NCBI GenBank assembly: GCA_050114795.1
Contig: JASFRS010000001.1
Coordinates: 1 to 43,588 of the forward strand
DNA length: 43,588 bases
DNA from: Sphingomonadales bacterium
GTDB taxonomy: Bacteria; Pseudomonadota; Alphaproteobacteria; Sphingomonadales; CAKZYD01
Direction of reading: 5' to 3'
Shown here: piece by piece, positions 13,068-21,607 of the stretch
How positions within the stretch are numbered: position 1 is the first letter of the stretch
How the letters are laid out: the number at the start of each line of letters is the position of its first letter
Program-made: the position numbers and the translations under genes
The notes under the pieces: generated by a model
Told to the model about the DNA's origin: nothing
Database searches by the model: none
What the model saw: only the letters and a program-made list of their open reading frames with translations

Positions 13068-14468
13068 TTAATCCTTAGGGCCAGTCATATTTTCAGGCCG
13101 GACGACTTCATGGAAGCGTTTTTCCGTTACCAGCCCTAATTCCAGGGCGCTTTCCAGCAAAGTCGTGCCCTTTTTATGGGCGTTTTTTGCAACGGCAGCC
13201 GCATTGTCATAACCAATTTCAGGTGCCAAAGCGGTAACCAGCATCAGGCTTTCCTGCAGGGTTTTTTCAATGCGTGCTTTATTGGGTTCAATGCCAACAA
13301 CACAACGGTCCGTGAAGGAGCGTGTTGCATCAGCCAGCAGGCGGATGCTTTGCAGCACATTGTAAATTATCACTGGTTTGAAAACATTCAATTCCATATG
13401 ACCATTGGAGCCGCCAACAGTGACGGCCACATGATTGCCCATTACTTGTGCGGCAACCATAGTCAGCGCCTCTGCTTGAGTTGGGTTGACTTTACCCGGC
13501 ATGATAGAGGAGCCGGGTTCATTTTCCGGCAGGATCAGTTCACCAAGACCACAGCGCGGACCTGAGCCCAAAAGCCTAATATCATTGGCAATTTTCATGC
13601 AACTTGCAGCCAGTACATTAAGCGCGCCGGACAATTCGACCAGCGCGTCATGGGCCGCAAGGGCTTCAAATTTGTTTTTCGCAGTCATAAAAGGCAGGCC
13701 GGTGGTTTTGGCGGCTTCCGCTGCAAAGGCCTCGGCAAAGCCGGGCTTTGTGTTTAACCCTGTGCCAACGGCAGTGCCACCTTGCGCCAGTTCATAGACC
13801 CGCGGTAGGCAGTTTTTAACGCGCTCAATGCCCAGCTCTACCTGGCGTGCGTAGCCGGAGAATTCCTGCCCCAGTGTTAATGGTGTTGCATCCTGCATAT
13901 GGGTGCGGCCAATTTTGACGATGTCACCCCAGGCCTCAACTTTTGTCTGTAAGGCTGTATGGAAATGTTCAAGCGCCGGTATAAGACGGTTTACAACTTC
14001 TTCCGCCGCCGCAATGTGCATGGCGGTTGGAAAAGTGTCATTAGAAGATTGTGAGCGATTCACATGGTCATTGGGGTGAACCGGGGACTTACTGCCCATT
14101 TTACCGCCAAGAATTTCAATAGCGCGATTAGAAATCACTTCATTGGAATTCATGTTGGACTGTGTGCCGGAGCCGGTCTGCCACACGACCAAAGGAAATT
14201 GATCATTATGTTTGCCGTCAATCACTTCATCTGCCGCTGTGATGATGGCCTGACCCAAGTCGTTATCCAAATTATCAAGTGCCATATTGGCCGCAGCAGC
14301 GGAGCGTTTCACAATGCCCAAAGCCCGGATAAGTGGGGTAGGCATGGTTTCGCCGCCAATTGGGAAGTTTTGGATAGAACGCTGTGTTTGCGCACCCCAA
14401 TATTTGTCCGCCGGGACTTCAATGGGGCCGAAAGTATCAGATTCAATGCGTACAGATTGATTGGCCAT
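13068..14468 (-). CDS. fumC: Class II fumarate hydratase
   Basis: 466 aa. Signature [13 protein letters not shown], plus N-terminal [21 protein letters not shown] and [10 protein letters not shown]. Confidence 0.97.
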   Translation of the reverse strand: MANQSVRIESDTFGPIEVPADKYWGAQTQRSIQNFPIGGETMPTPLIRALGIVKRSAAAANMALDNLDNDLGQAIITAADEVIDGKHNDQFPLVVWQTGSGTQSNMNSNEVISNRAIEILGGKMGSKSPVHPNDHVNRSQSSNDTFPTAMHIAAAEEVVNRLIPALEHFHTALQTKVEAWGDIVKIGRTHMQDATPLTLGQEFSGYARQVELGIERVKNCLPRVYELAQGGTAVGTGLNTKPGFAEAFAAEAAKTTGLPFMTAKNKFEALAAHDALVELSGALNVLAASCMKIANDIRLLGSGPRCGLGELILPENEPGSSIMPGKVNPTQAEALTMVAAQVMGNHVAVTVGGSNGHMELNVFKPVIIYNVLQSIRLLADATRSFTDRCVVGIEPNKARIEKTLQESLMLVTALAPEIGYDNAAAVAKNAHKKGTTLLESALELGLVTEKRFHEVVRPENMTGPKD

Positions 14469-14512
14469 GATAAAGGCTCTTCCTTCTCAAAATCGTCGTT
14501 GAGTTGGTCTTA

Positions 14513-15031
14513 TTATTTTTTACGAAAGGCGTCGAGAGCAACGACCTTGCCAGTGGTTGGCCCCCCTTTGTCATCATCATCCCCATCATCTCCGCCTTCA
14601 TCCGAAATTTCCTCTGTTAGAGAAGATTTTGCAGTCACCGGCAGGGATGCTTGATCCATGTCAGGCTCTTCAAATTGCAAGCCGAATTGGACGCTGGGGT
14701 CAACAAATCCGATCATTGCTGCAAAAGGAATTACCAGATGTTGGGGCTTTTGATTGAATGACAGTGTGATTTCAAAATAGTCGTCATGGATAATCAGATC
14801 AGAAAAACGATGCTGAATGACAATCGTCATTTCGTCGGGGTATTTTTCCATGAGACTTTTAGGGAGTGCCACGCCTGGATATTGAGTCTTGAATGCCACA
14901 TAGAAATGATGGTCGCCGACAAGGCCGTATTTGGCCGTTTCCTCCAATACTTTACGTACGACGGATCGCAGCGCGTTTTGCATCAAATCTTCATAAGGAA
15001 TTTTGTCAGTCCAGTTCATGAAATTTCCCAT
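14513..15031 (-). CDS. sspB: ClpXP adaptor SspB (alpha-proteobacterial type)
   Basis: Core IPYEDLMQNALRSVVRKVL...GDHHFYVAFKTQYPGVALP...KYPDEMTIVIQHRF...FVDPSVQFGLQFE, an acidic linker, and a C-terminal ClpX-binding-like tail VVALDAFRKK. The track start (15136) would read through the ssrA terminator, so ATG 15031 or 15019 is more plausible. Confidence 0.8.
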   Translation of the reverse strand: MGNFMNWTDKIPYEDLMQNALRSVVRKVLEETAKYGLVGDHHFYVAFKTQYPGVALPKSLMEKYPDEMTIVIQHRFSDLIIHDDYFEITLSFNQKPQHLVIPFAAMIGFVDPSVQFGLQFEEPDMDQASLPVTAKSSLTEEISDEGGDDGDDDDKGGPTTGKVVALDAFRKK

Positions 15032-15087
15032 GTGGTCGTTCTTATTTATCATATAGGCTGTCTTGTATCTCAAGCCCAGACTAATTG

Positions 15088-15134
15088 AAAAACTCGAAAT
15101 AAGGTGAGGGGTTTTCTGTTGCCCGGCACCCCTC
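15088..15134 (-). terminator. Rho-independent terminator closing ssrA
   Basis: Minus strand GAGGGGU-15 nt loop-ACCCCUC (15134-15106), followed by ACCUUAUUUCGAGUUUUUC. Confidence 0.6.
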
Positions 15135-15413
15135 AAGCCGCGCTCTATAACTTTCTTAAGTTAGACCTATCGGTCTGCATTAAGCAGCAAGAGCCAGAGC
15201 CTCATTATCATTGGCATCTGTGAAAATGACCCATTAACGGTGGAATCATACCGAGCGAAAGCTAACGTCTTTCAACATGCGTCGATCCTAGTTCGGCCCC
15301 ATCATATATACAGCTTTTACTCTGTACATATGGTGGAGCCGCCGGGTACTGCCCCCGGGTCCGCCATATCTATTACACGCCGCGTTTATCGCCATAGCTG
15401 GCAAGCCAGCCCC
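15100..15413 (-). ncRNA. ssrA: tmRNA, circularly permuted two-piece form (acceptor piece, then about 30-nt spacer, then coding piece); outer ends approximate
   Basis: Minus strand reads ...GGACCCGGGGGCAGUACCCGGCGGCUCCACCA (3' end at 15331), a 30-nt AT-rich spacer (15330-15301), then GGGGCCGAACUAGGAUCGACGCAUG starting at 15300. The 5' GGGGCCG pairs with CGGCUCC, giving a G3-U pair. Tag ORF GCC AAU GAU AAU GAG GCU CUG GCU CUU GCU GCU UAA = ANDNEALALAA (15215-15180). Confidence 0.88.
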
Positions 15414-15416
15414 TTT

Positions 15417-15445
15417 TATATAGGCGTGTTAGGTGAAAAATTGAA
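15417..15445 (-). promoter_or_regulatory. Candidate sigma70-type promoter of ssrA
   Basis: Minus strand TTCAAT, 17 nt, TATATA, ending about 4 nt before the GGGGCUGGC that I take as the transcript start. Inferred from the sequence pattern only. Confidence 0.35.
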
Positions 15446-15577
15446 GGGATTTCCAAGCTAATCGTAAAATTTATTTGTTTCAGTTTTGAGAACAATAAAT
15501 CCAAAACGACACGACTTGTCCATTTTTGTCTCCTGACTATGTTTTCTCCATATTCAGATTTATTTGGAGCATGGGAA

Positions 15578-16174
15578 ATGGCTTTAAAAGTATTGCGCAT
15601 AGACAGTTCCGCACAAAAGAATGGTTCGACAAGCCGTAAATTAGCGGGCGCATTTTTAAACAAATTGGCATTGGTTCATGGCGAATTAGATGTAAAAGTT
15701 CGTGATTTGAGTGATGGTGTGCCTCTCATTGATGAGGCCTGGGTTACCGCGAAGGCAAAAACACCTGAGGCGCTAAGCGAAGAAGATAGATCAGTTTTGG
15801 CCTTTTCTGATCAGTTAATTGATGAGCTTGAGCAGGCCGATATCTTCGTCATTGGCGCACCGGTGTATAATTTCGGTCCAAGCGCGGCATTGAAAGCCTG
15901 GATTGATCTCATCGCGCGCCCTAGGCGGACCTTTAAATATACTGAGAACGGCCCAATAGGCCTTCTTGAAAACAAAAAGGCTTTTATCATTGTGGCATCA
16001 GGTGGCACGGAATTGGGATCTTCGGTTGATTTTCTAAGTGGGTATTTGCGGCATATCCTAGGATTTATTGGAGTTGAGCAAGTCGAATTTATTGCAGCAG
16101 ACAAATTGATGTCTGACCCACAGCGTTTAGAGCGGGCTGAAGCGCAAATTGAAAGTCTTTTAAAAGCAGCGTGA
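15578..16174 (+). CDS. azoR: FMN-dependent NADH-azoreductase / NAD(P)H quinone oxidoreductase
   Basis: MALKVLRIDSSAQKNGSTSRKL..., ADIFVIGAPVYNFGPSAALKAWID and FIIVASGG, a flavodoxin-like AzoR pattern. GGAG lies 8 nt before ATG 15578; the track start 15539 lacks an RBS. Confidence 0.82.
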   Translation: MALKVLRIDSSAQKNGSTSRKLAGAFLNKLALVHGELDVKVRDLSDGVPLIDEAWVTAKAKTPEALSEEDRSVLAFSDQLIDELEQADIFVIGAPVYNFGPSAALKAWIDLIARPRRTFKYTENGPIGLLENKKAFIIVASGGTELGSSVDFLSGYLRHILGFIGVEQVEFIAADKLMSDPQRLERAEAQIESLLKAA

Positions 16175-16267
16175 TATGTATGTGCTTAAACTCGTGATGT
16201 GACTTTTATATACAATTTAAGTAAAAAGCTATTTCAGGGCCTGAATTGAAACTGAAATGGTGGCTTT

Positions 16268-17965
16268 ATGCGGGGCATCGGCGGCGAAGTTTGTTTTAAA
16301 GACGCGCGACCATCCTTAAAAGGCATGGAAAAAATGCTGGATAGCTTGCCCGGAAGTGGGAGTGCTGTCCGGCAAGTCCATATGTTTGGCCCCATTTGTT
16401 TTGCAAGCCTTGATGACGCAGGTACGGATCATAATAGAAATAGGCCTGATCTCGGCTTAAGTATCGTTTTCCAAGGGCATATCACTAATGAAACAGTGCT
16501 TTGGCGAAACTTAGCTGAAGAAGGTGGTGTGTCCGTTGGTACCGTTGCTGATCTGTTGGCGGAGATTTTCACGCGTCATGGATCATCTTGTTTCAAGATG
16601 CTGCAAGGCAGTTTTGCGATTGCCATATTTGAACATGAAAGCCAGAAACTTATTTTGGCACGTGATGGCATGGGGCATGAGCCTTTATACGTGGCCCATA
16701 ATCAAGAACGTGGTCATGTCATCTTTGGCTCCACCCTGCCAATGGTTGCACGACGAGATGAGGTTGATACGGCGCTTGATCCTCTAGGTCTCAATCTTTA
16801 TTCCAGCTATCGCGGCAGTGTGGCACCCCCATTCACCATATTGCGTGATGTAAAGAAAATTCCGCCGGGTTCTGTTTCAGTCTTTGAGGGAACAGGCTTC
16901 CCGAAAAGTGATATTTTCTGGTCTCCGTCTTTTTCTCGTCAGAGTTCCTATGAAGGGCTGAATGCAGCAGATTGGGCTAATCACCTGCATGCGCTCCTGC
17001 ATGACCTAATAGCGAAACGCTTAAATGGTGATCAGCCCATAGTCATGTCCGTGCATGCAAGGAATCGGTTAGTCCTGGATCATATTGATCGCCCCCATTC
17101 CTATGCACTTGGTATGAAGGGCTTTGCCGACCCTCATTTGGAATATTTGAAAAAGCAATGGGGCGAACCTGTTGAGCATATTGAATTGCGCCCTAAGGAT
17201 GTTTTTGAGTCCTTATATAGCGCCTTGTCCTCTATGTCTGAACCTGCGCCCCATGAATTAAGCCTTTATGATTTCTGCGCTTTGAAGAACCTAGGCGTTG
17301 AAAATCATCTGAAGATTGAATCCTTTGGCCTTCTGGAAGGCTTGGCTTATGATCGTAGCTATGATGCCTTGAAGGGGTCAAATAATAGCGCCCGAGATTA
17401 TGGGCGGGTCTTATTTGATCGTAATTATGGTGAATATAGCCAAAGCATTTCCCCAAACTACCTTGATGAGGATTTTGCCCAAAGTTTTATCTGCGGCCAT
17501 TTCGCTGAACCTGGTGCAGACGGTGCACTTGACCAGGTTCTTCGTTTTGAATTAACGACCAGACTGAGCGAAGGTGCTATGGCTTGGTCCGCGCAATATA
17601 GTCGTGCATTAGGGGCGCAGTCCTATTTTCCGTTCATGGAGCCGGAAATGATTAATTTGCTTGGTGCGATGCCTGAGGATTTAAAAGGCAATACAGGGGC
17701 AGTGCATGACATATTATTCCCTGCAAAAGAGGAGAAGATTCAGTCCGCCCCTTATTTGTCCGTAACGAAATTTCTGAATGGGGCGCTGGTCAATCTGCTG
17801 CGCGATGTTTTTAACAATCGCTCTGCACAAGACCGTCAGATATTCAGGCCTGAATATATTGCTAATTTGCTGGACAGACCGGAGGAAAATCTGACACCAA
17901 CGGGAGGCTCGAAGCTTATGCAGGCGGCTATTTTGGAGATGTGGCTGCAAAGTCATGGTCTTTGA
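16268..17965 (+). CDS. Asparagine synthase (AsnB)-like protein with both catalytic motifs degenerate
   Basis: 565 aa, homologous along its full length to glutamine-hydrolysing asparagine synthases (GSFAIAIFE...LARDGMGHEPLYV; C-terminal YFPFMEP...ILEMWLQ). It begins MRGIGG instead of MCGI (codon 2 is CGG), and the SGGxDS PP-loop position reads SVHARNRL (17039-17074). Confidence 0.8.
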   Translation: MRGIGGEVCFKDARPSLKGMEKMLDSLPGSGSAVRQVHMFGPICFASLDDAGTDHNRNRPDLGLSIVFQGHITNETVLWRNLAEEGGVSVGTVADLLAEIFTRHGSSCFKMLQGSFAIAIFEHESQKLILARDGMGHEPLYVAHNQERGHVIFGSTLPMVARRDEVDTALDPLGLNLYSSYRGSVAPPFTILRDVKKIPPGSVSVFEGTGFPKSDIFWSPSFSRQSSYEGLNAADWANHLHALLHDLIAKRLNGDQPIVMSVHARNRLVLDHIDRPHSYALGMKGFADPHLEYLKKQWGEPVEHIELRPKDVFESLYSALSSMSEPAPHELSLYDFCALKNLGVENHLKIESFGLLEGLAYDRSYDALKGSNNSARDYGRVLFDRNYGEYSQSISPNYLDEDFAQSFICGHFAEPGADGALDQVLRFELTTRLSEGAMAWSAQYSRALGAQSYFPFMEPEMINLLGAMPEDLKGNTGAVHDILFPAKEEKIQSAPYLSVTKFLNGALVNLLRDVFNNRSAQDRQIFRPEYIANLLDRPEENLTPTGGSKLMQAAILEMWLQSHGL

Positions 17966-17993
17966 GACTCAATCAATGCCTGAGATTGTATAA

Positions 17994-18626
17994 ATGGCCC
18001 GCAAAATCGTGTTTTTCGCTCTGCTGATAGCAGTCATTATATCGGCAATCATTGTTGACGTGGAAAAGCTTAGTGAGACGGTCCGCGCTTATGCGGCGGA
18101 TGATGAGACAATGCGGCCAGCAATGGCGTTGGCGGCGCTATTCACTTTGATTGCTGCTTTGCTGCCCTTACCGGCGGAAGCTCCAGCCGTGTTAAATGGT
18201 GTGTTGTTTACCCCTCTCGTCGCATTTCTTCTGACTTATGTTTTTGCCTATTTAGGGGCCGCTATTGCCTATGAGTGTGGACGGTTGTTGGGCTATGAAA
18301 CCGCCGCGCAAATGATCGGCTATGAGCGGATGCATAGGGTTGAAAAGCTCATTAACCGTGCTGGTTGGCCAACGCTTTTAGCGCTTAGATTATCTCCAGT
18401 TATGGCATTTACGGCTCTCAATTGGGCAAGTGGCGTTTTAAAACTCTCACGCCCCGTGTTTTATTGGACCATGTTGGTCGGGTTGCTGCCGGGAACCTAT
18501 GTCTTCACGATTATTCCGCATATCTTGGATGGTGGGCGTGGTCTGTGGCTCTATGTAGGAATTATTGCTGCAATCATGATCGGACTGTTTGCTATTACCG
18601 TGTTACGATTTCGCAATAAGGCCTAA
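17994..18626 (+). CDS. TVP38/TMEM64 (VTT/DedA-related) family membrane protein
   Basis: 210 aa with about 5 TM helices. Motif region GAAIAYECGRLLG ... LRLSPVMAFTALNWASGVLKLS. Lies 28 nt after the AsnB-like gene on the same strand. Confidence 0.7.
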   Translation: MARKIVFFALLIAVIISAIIVDVEKLSETVRAYAADDETMRPAMALAALFTLIAALLPLPAEAPAVLNGVLFTPLVAFLLTYVFAYLGAAIAYECGRLLGYETAAQMIGYERMHRVEKLINRAGWPTLLALRLSPVMAFTALNWASGVLKLSRPVFYWTMLVGLLPGTYVFTIIPHILDGGRGLWLYVGIIAAIMIGLFAITVLRFRNKA

Positions 18627-19193
18627 ATCCCGCGCGACCCTTTCAAGCCAGCTTTGAATATGAGGGTAGGGCGTTAAATCGAAGCCACCTTCATCCGCCA
18701 TATGCGTATAAGCATAAAGTGCAATGTCGGCGAGGCTAAGCTGATTGCCAGCCAGATAAGAACTGTATTCCAAAGCCTGTTCCATATGATTGAGCGCCTT
18801 TTCACCGCGCTTCACCTTATCCGGGTCCCGTTCAGAGGCTATCTTTCCAAGATATTTCATATGGAACCGCAGCACGGCGATATATGGCTCATGGCTGTAT
18901 TGCTCCCAAAAAAGCCATTCGTTCATACGGGCGCGGTCATATTCGCCACTAGGTATAAGACGACTGTCTCGGGCGAGATAAATCATGATGGCATTGGATT
19001 GGGAGAGATATTGTCCGTCATCCAGTTCCACACATGGGACTTGACCGGCCGGGTTTTTCTCAAGGAATTCGGCTGTTCGTGTATCACCAGCCAAAATATC
19101 CATATCCACCCATTCATATGGAATATTGAGATAATCGCAGACCCATTTCACCTTGAGGCAGTTTCCTGAAATTAAATCGCCATAAATCCGCAT
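18603..19193 (-). CDS. Glutathione S-transferase
   Basis: MRIYGDLISGNCLKVKWV...NPAGQVPCVELDDGQYLSQSNAIMIYL (thioredoxin-like GST N-domain) plus an alpha-helical C-domain. ATG 19193 has AAGGGGA upstream; the track start 19313 would overlap thyA. Confidence 0.85.
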   Translation of the reverse strand: MRIYGDLISGNCLKVKWVCDYLNIPYEWVDMDILAGDTRTAEFLEKNPAGQVPCVELDDGQYLSQSNAIMIYLARDSRLIPSGEYDRARMNEWLFWEQYSHEPYIAVLRFHMKYLGKIASERDPDKVKRGEKALNHMEQALEYSSYLAGNQLSLADIALYAYTHMADEGGFDLTPYPHIQSWLERVARDLGLIAKS

Positions 19194-19260
19194 GTTAATC
19201 CCCTTGAATGCCTGGCCAGTGTTGGGCATCTTAAGCTGAGTAATCTCATAGGGGCCAAAG

Positions 19261-20055
19261 ATGCAACAATATCTCGACCTTTTGCGCAAAGTCAGAACCG
19301 AAGGCACATTCAAAGGCGACCGGACGGGTACTGGAACCTATTCTCTTTTCGGCTATCAGATGCGTTTTGATTTAAGTACGGGATTCCCGGTTTTGACGAC
19401 TAAAAAACTGCATCTCCGTTCTATTATTCATGAGCTGCTTTGGTTTTTAAAAGGCGATACAAATATCGGTTATTTAAAGGAAAATGGCGTTTCCATCTGG
19501 GATGAATGGGCCGATGAAAATGGCGACTTGGGCCCGGTTTATGGAAAGCAGTGGCGGCGCTGGGAATGTGCCGATGGGCGTGTCATTGATCAGATAAGTT
19601 GGTTGATTGATGAGATTAAGCAAAACCCCAATTCAAGACGTTTGATCGTATCTGCTTGGAACCCGGCGGATGTGGAACATATGGCGTTGCCCCCATGTCA
19701 TTGCCTGTTTCAATTCTATGTGTCGGAAGGGCGATTGTCTTGCCAACTCTACCAACGTTCCGCCGATGTGTTCTTAGGCGTGCCCTTTAATATCGCGTCT
19801 TATGCGCTGCTGACGATGATGATTGCCCAGGTGACGGGATTGAAACCCGGAGAATTTGTGCACAGTTTTGGTGATGTGCATCTTTACTCAAATCATGTGG
19901 AGCAGGCGGATTTGCAACTCAGCCGGACCCCAGGCAAATTACCAACCCTTGAATTAAATCCTGAGGTGAAATCTTTGTACGGCTTCACCTTTGAAGATAT
20001 CCGGTTAGTGGATTATATTGCGGAACCGGGCATTAAAGCACCGGTTGCCGTCTAA
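19261..20055 (+). CDS. thyA: Thymidylate synthase (ThyA type)
   Basis: 264 aa. [11 protein letters not shown]..., DRTGTGT, and the active-site motif [13 protein letters not shown]; the C-terminus ends in V. Confidence 0.97.
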   Translation: MQQYLDLLRKVRTEGTFKGDRTGTGTYSLFGYQMRFDLSTGFPVLTTKKLHLRSIIHELLWFLKGDTNIGYLKENGVSIWDEWADENGDLGPVYGKQWRRWECADGRVIDQISWLIDEIKQNPNSRRLIVSAWNPADVEHMALPPCHCLFQFYVSEGRLSCQLYQRSADVFLGVPFNIASYALLTMMIAQVTGLKPGEFVHSFGDVHLYSNHVEQADLQLSRTPGKLPTLELNPEVKSLYGFTFEDIRLVDYIAEPGIKAPVAV

Positions 20056-20373
20056 TTATTCTGCTTTGGCGATCGTGATTTTTAGGCCATCAAGCGCGTC
20101 AGTGAATTCAATCTGGCAGGATAGGCGAGAGTTTTTTGCGCGATGTTCTGACATGGATAGTAAATCATCCTCATCAGGATCAATGGGGTCGAGCTTATCA
20201 AACTGGCTTTCATCAACATAAACATGGCAGGTCGCACAGGAACAGCAGCCACCGCAAAGAGCCAATAGTTCATCAAAGCCGGCGTCGCGAATATTTTCCA
20301 TAACTGACAGGCCGGTTTCGCCTTCAACCTCGCGAGTCTGACCATTTAAATCGGTTATAATCAGCTTTGCCAT
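20056..20373 (-). CDS. 2Fe-2S ferredoxin (adrenodoxin/putidaredoxin-like)
   Basis: 105 aa. Cluster motif CGGCCSCATCHV plus a distal Cys (RLSCQI). Confidence 0.9.
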   Translation of the reverse strand: MAKLIITDLNGQTREVEGETGLSVMENIRDAGFDELLALCGGCCSCATCHVYVDESQFDKLDPIDPDEDDLLSMSEHRAKNSRLSCQIEFTDALDGLKITIAKAE

Positions 20374-20530
20374 GATGATCCTACTTTTTACTAACTAGAT
20401 GGCGGTTCTTTAACGGCTGTTTTTTGCCATTGCAATGGTGAGCTGTGGGGTAGGTCGAATTTGAGGCCGAAATCGGATAGTAATGGCGCAGGAAAGGGCG
20501 CAAATTAAGCGGGTAATTCTGAAAGGGCAG

Positions 20531-21598
20531 ATGATGACTTTGGATCAGAATCAGATGTGGCAAGCCGTTGCAACCCGCGACATTTCTAAACGAAGTGCCT
20601 TTGTTTGGGCAGTTCGTACGACGGGTATATATTGCCGACCGGGTTGCCCGGCGCGTACGCCTAAAGAAATTAATGTAGAATATTTTAATTCAGCTATGGA
20701 GGCGCGTGACGCTGGCTATCGCGCCTGCAAGAAATGCCAACCTGATGACGATGCCCATTTGCTTTATGAGGCCGAAGTTAATTTGGTGGCGAATGCTGTG
20801 GCCTGGGTCGATCGTGCTTTGGAAGCAGGTGAGGATACATCATTGAATACTCTCTATGCTGCACTTGGAAAAGATGAAGCTGAGGTTCGGCGGGTCATTC
20901 GGCGTTATTTAGGTATTACGCCACGCTCATTTGTAGAAACGCGAAAGCTTGCGCGCTTGCGTAATGCTTTGCACAATGGGTGCAGTGTCACTGATGCGGT
21001 CTATGAAGCAGGTTTTGAAGGTCCGCGCCGGGTGTATGAGCTTTCAAACAGCTATCTTGGCATGACCCCTGGGCGTTTTGCCAATAAGGGTGCAGGTGAA
21101 GTGATACGATATGCGGTTGTACCTTCGGCTATGGGTCCGCTTCTCGTGGCGGCGACGGGCAAAGGGGTGTGCCGTATCATGATGAATGATGATGAGGGCA
21201 CGTTGGTAGATCAGCTCCATAAGGAATTTTCAAAGGCTGAACTGGTGCCGGGTGACGCTGAAATGGCGGCCCATGTGGCGCATGTCCTGGCCTTTATCGA
21301 CTATGGCGCGCCTTTGGACGGCTTGCCGCTTGATGTGCAGGCGACGGCTTTTGAAGCCAAAGTCTGGAAGGGGTTGCGTGATATTCCTTTCGGGGAAACA
21401 AGGACTTATGGTGAGTTGGCAAAAGAATTGGATGTGCCCCGTGCGGCGCGCGCGGTGGGTCGGGCCTGTGGCGCTAACCCTGTTGCTTTGGCCGTTCCTT
21501 GCCATCGTGTTGTCGGTCAGAACGGTAAATTGACTGGCTATGCTTGGGGGCTTAAACGCAAGCAGTTCTTGCTCGAAAAAGAAAAGAAAGAGCGCTAA
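20531..21598 (+). CDS. ada: Bifunctional Ada: methylphosphotriester-DNA methyltransferase/AraC-type regulator fused to O6-methylguanine-DNA methyltransferase
   Basis: N-terminal Ada zinc domain (FVWAVRTTGIYCRPGCPAR...YRACKKCQP), a central AraC HTH, and a C-terminal Ogt domain with PCHRVV. ATG 20531 is preceded by AAGGG and aligns with the E. coli Ada N-terminus. Confidence 0.88.
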   Translation: MMTLDQNQMWQAVATRDISKRSAFVWAVRTTGIYCRPGCPARTPKEINVEYFNSAMEARDAGYRACKKCQPDDDAHLLYEAEVNLVANAVAWVDRALEAGEDTSLNTLYAALGKDEAEVRRVIRRYLGITPRSFVETRKLARLRNALHNGCSVTDAVYEAGFEGPRRVYELSNSYLGMTPGRFANKGAGEVIRYAVVPSAMGPLLVAATGKGVCRIMMNDDEGTLVDQLHKEFSKAELVPGDAEMAAHVAHVLAFIDYGAPLDGLPLDVQATAFEAKVWKGLRDIPFGETRTYGELAKELDVPRAARAVGRACGANPVALAVPCHRVVGQNGKLTGYAWGLKRKQFLLEKEKKER

Positions 21599-21607
21599 AC
21601 TCTCTCC

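Noticed and set aside
14064-14654. A 196-aa plus-strand ORF antisense to fumC/sspB, and similar long antisense ORFs (for example 25588-26142, 13176-13565, 108-473, 31241-31633)
   Set aside because: They are typical shadow frames opposite strongly supported genes. They are Ser/Arg/Pro-rich or basic and non-globular, with no RBS.
15240-15663. Track ORFs 15240-15461(+) and 15373-15663(-)
   Set aside because: They overlap the tmRNA gene and its promoter. Their translations are low-complexity and not protein-like, and the region is fully explained by ssrA.
16257-16319. A 20-codon ORF (MVALCGASAAKFVLKTRDHP) overlapping the AsnB-like start, considered as a lasso-peptide precursor with an AsnB-like cyclase
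   Set aside because: No B-type protease/RRE or exporter gene is nearby. The AsnB-like protein lacks the ATP-binding PP-loop that a lasso cyclase needs, and the mini-ORF has no RBS.
15440-19200. A genomic island inserted at ssrA, or at tRNA-Arg (42068-42400)
   Set aside because: There is no integrase, no duplicated 3' tRNA/tmRNA fragment and no compositional break that I can see. The neighbouring genes are ordinary metabolic genes.
20427-20438. A 12-bp perfect palindrome CCATTGCAATGG between the ferredoxin gene and ada
   Set aside because: About ten 12-bp palindromes are expected by chance in a window of this size.
20493-20511. An Ada-box-like AAAGGGCGCAAATTAAGCG upstream of ada
   Set aside because: It lies only 20-38 nt before the ATG, too close for a -40/-60 activator site, and it only loosely resembles the E. 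coli AAAGCGCA box.
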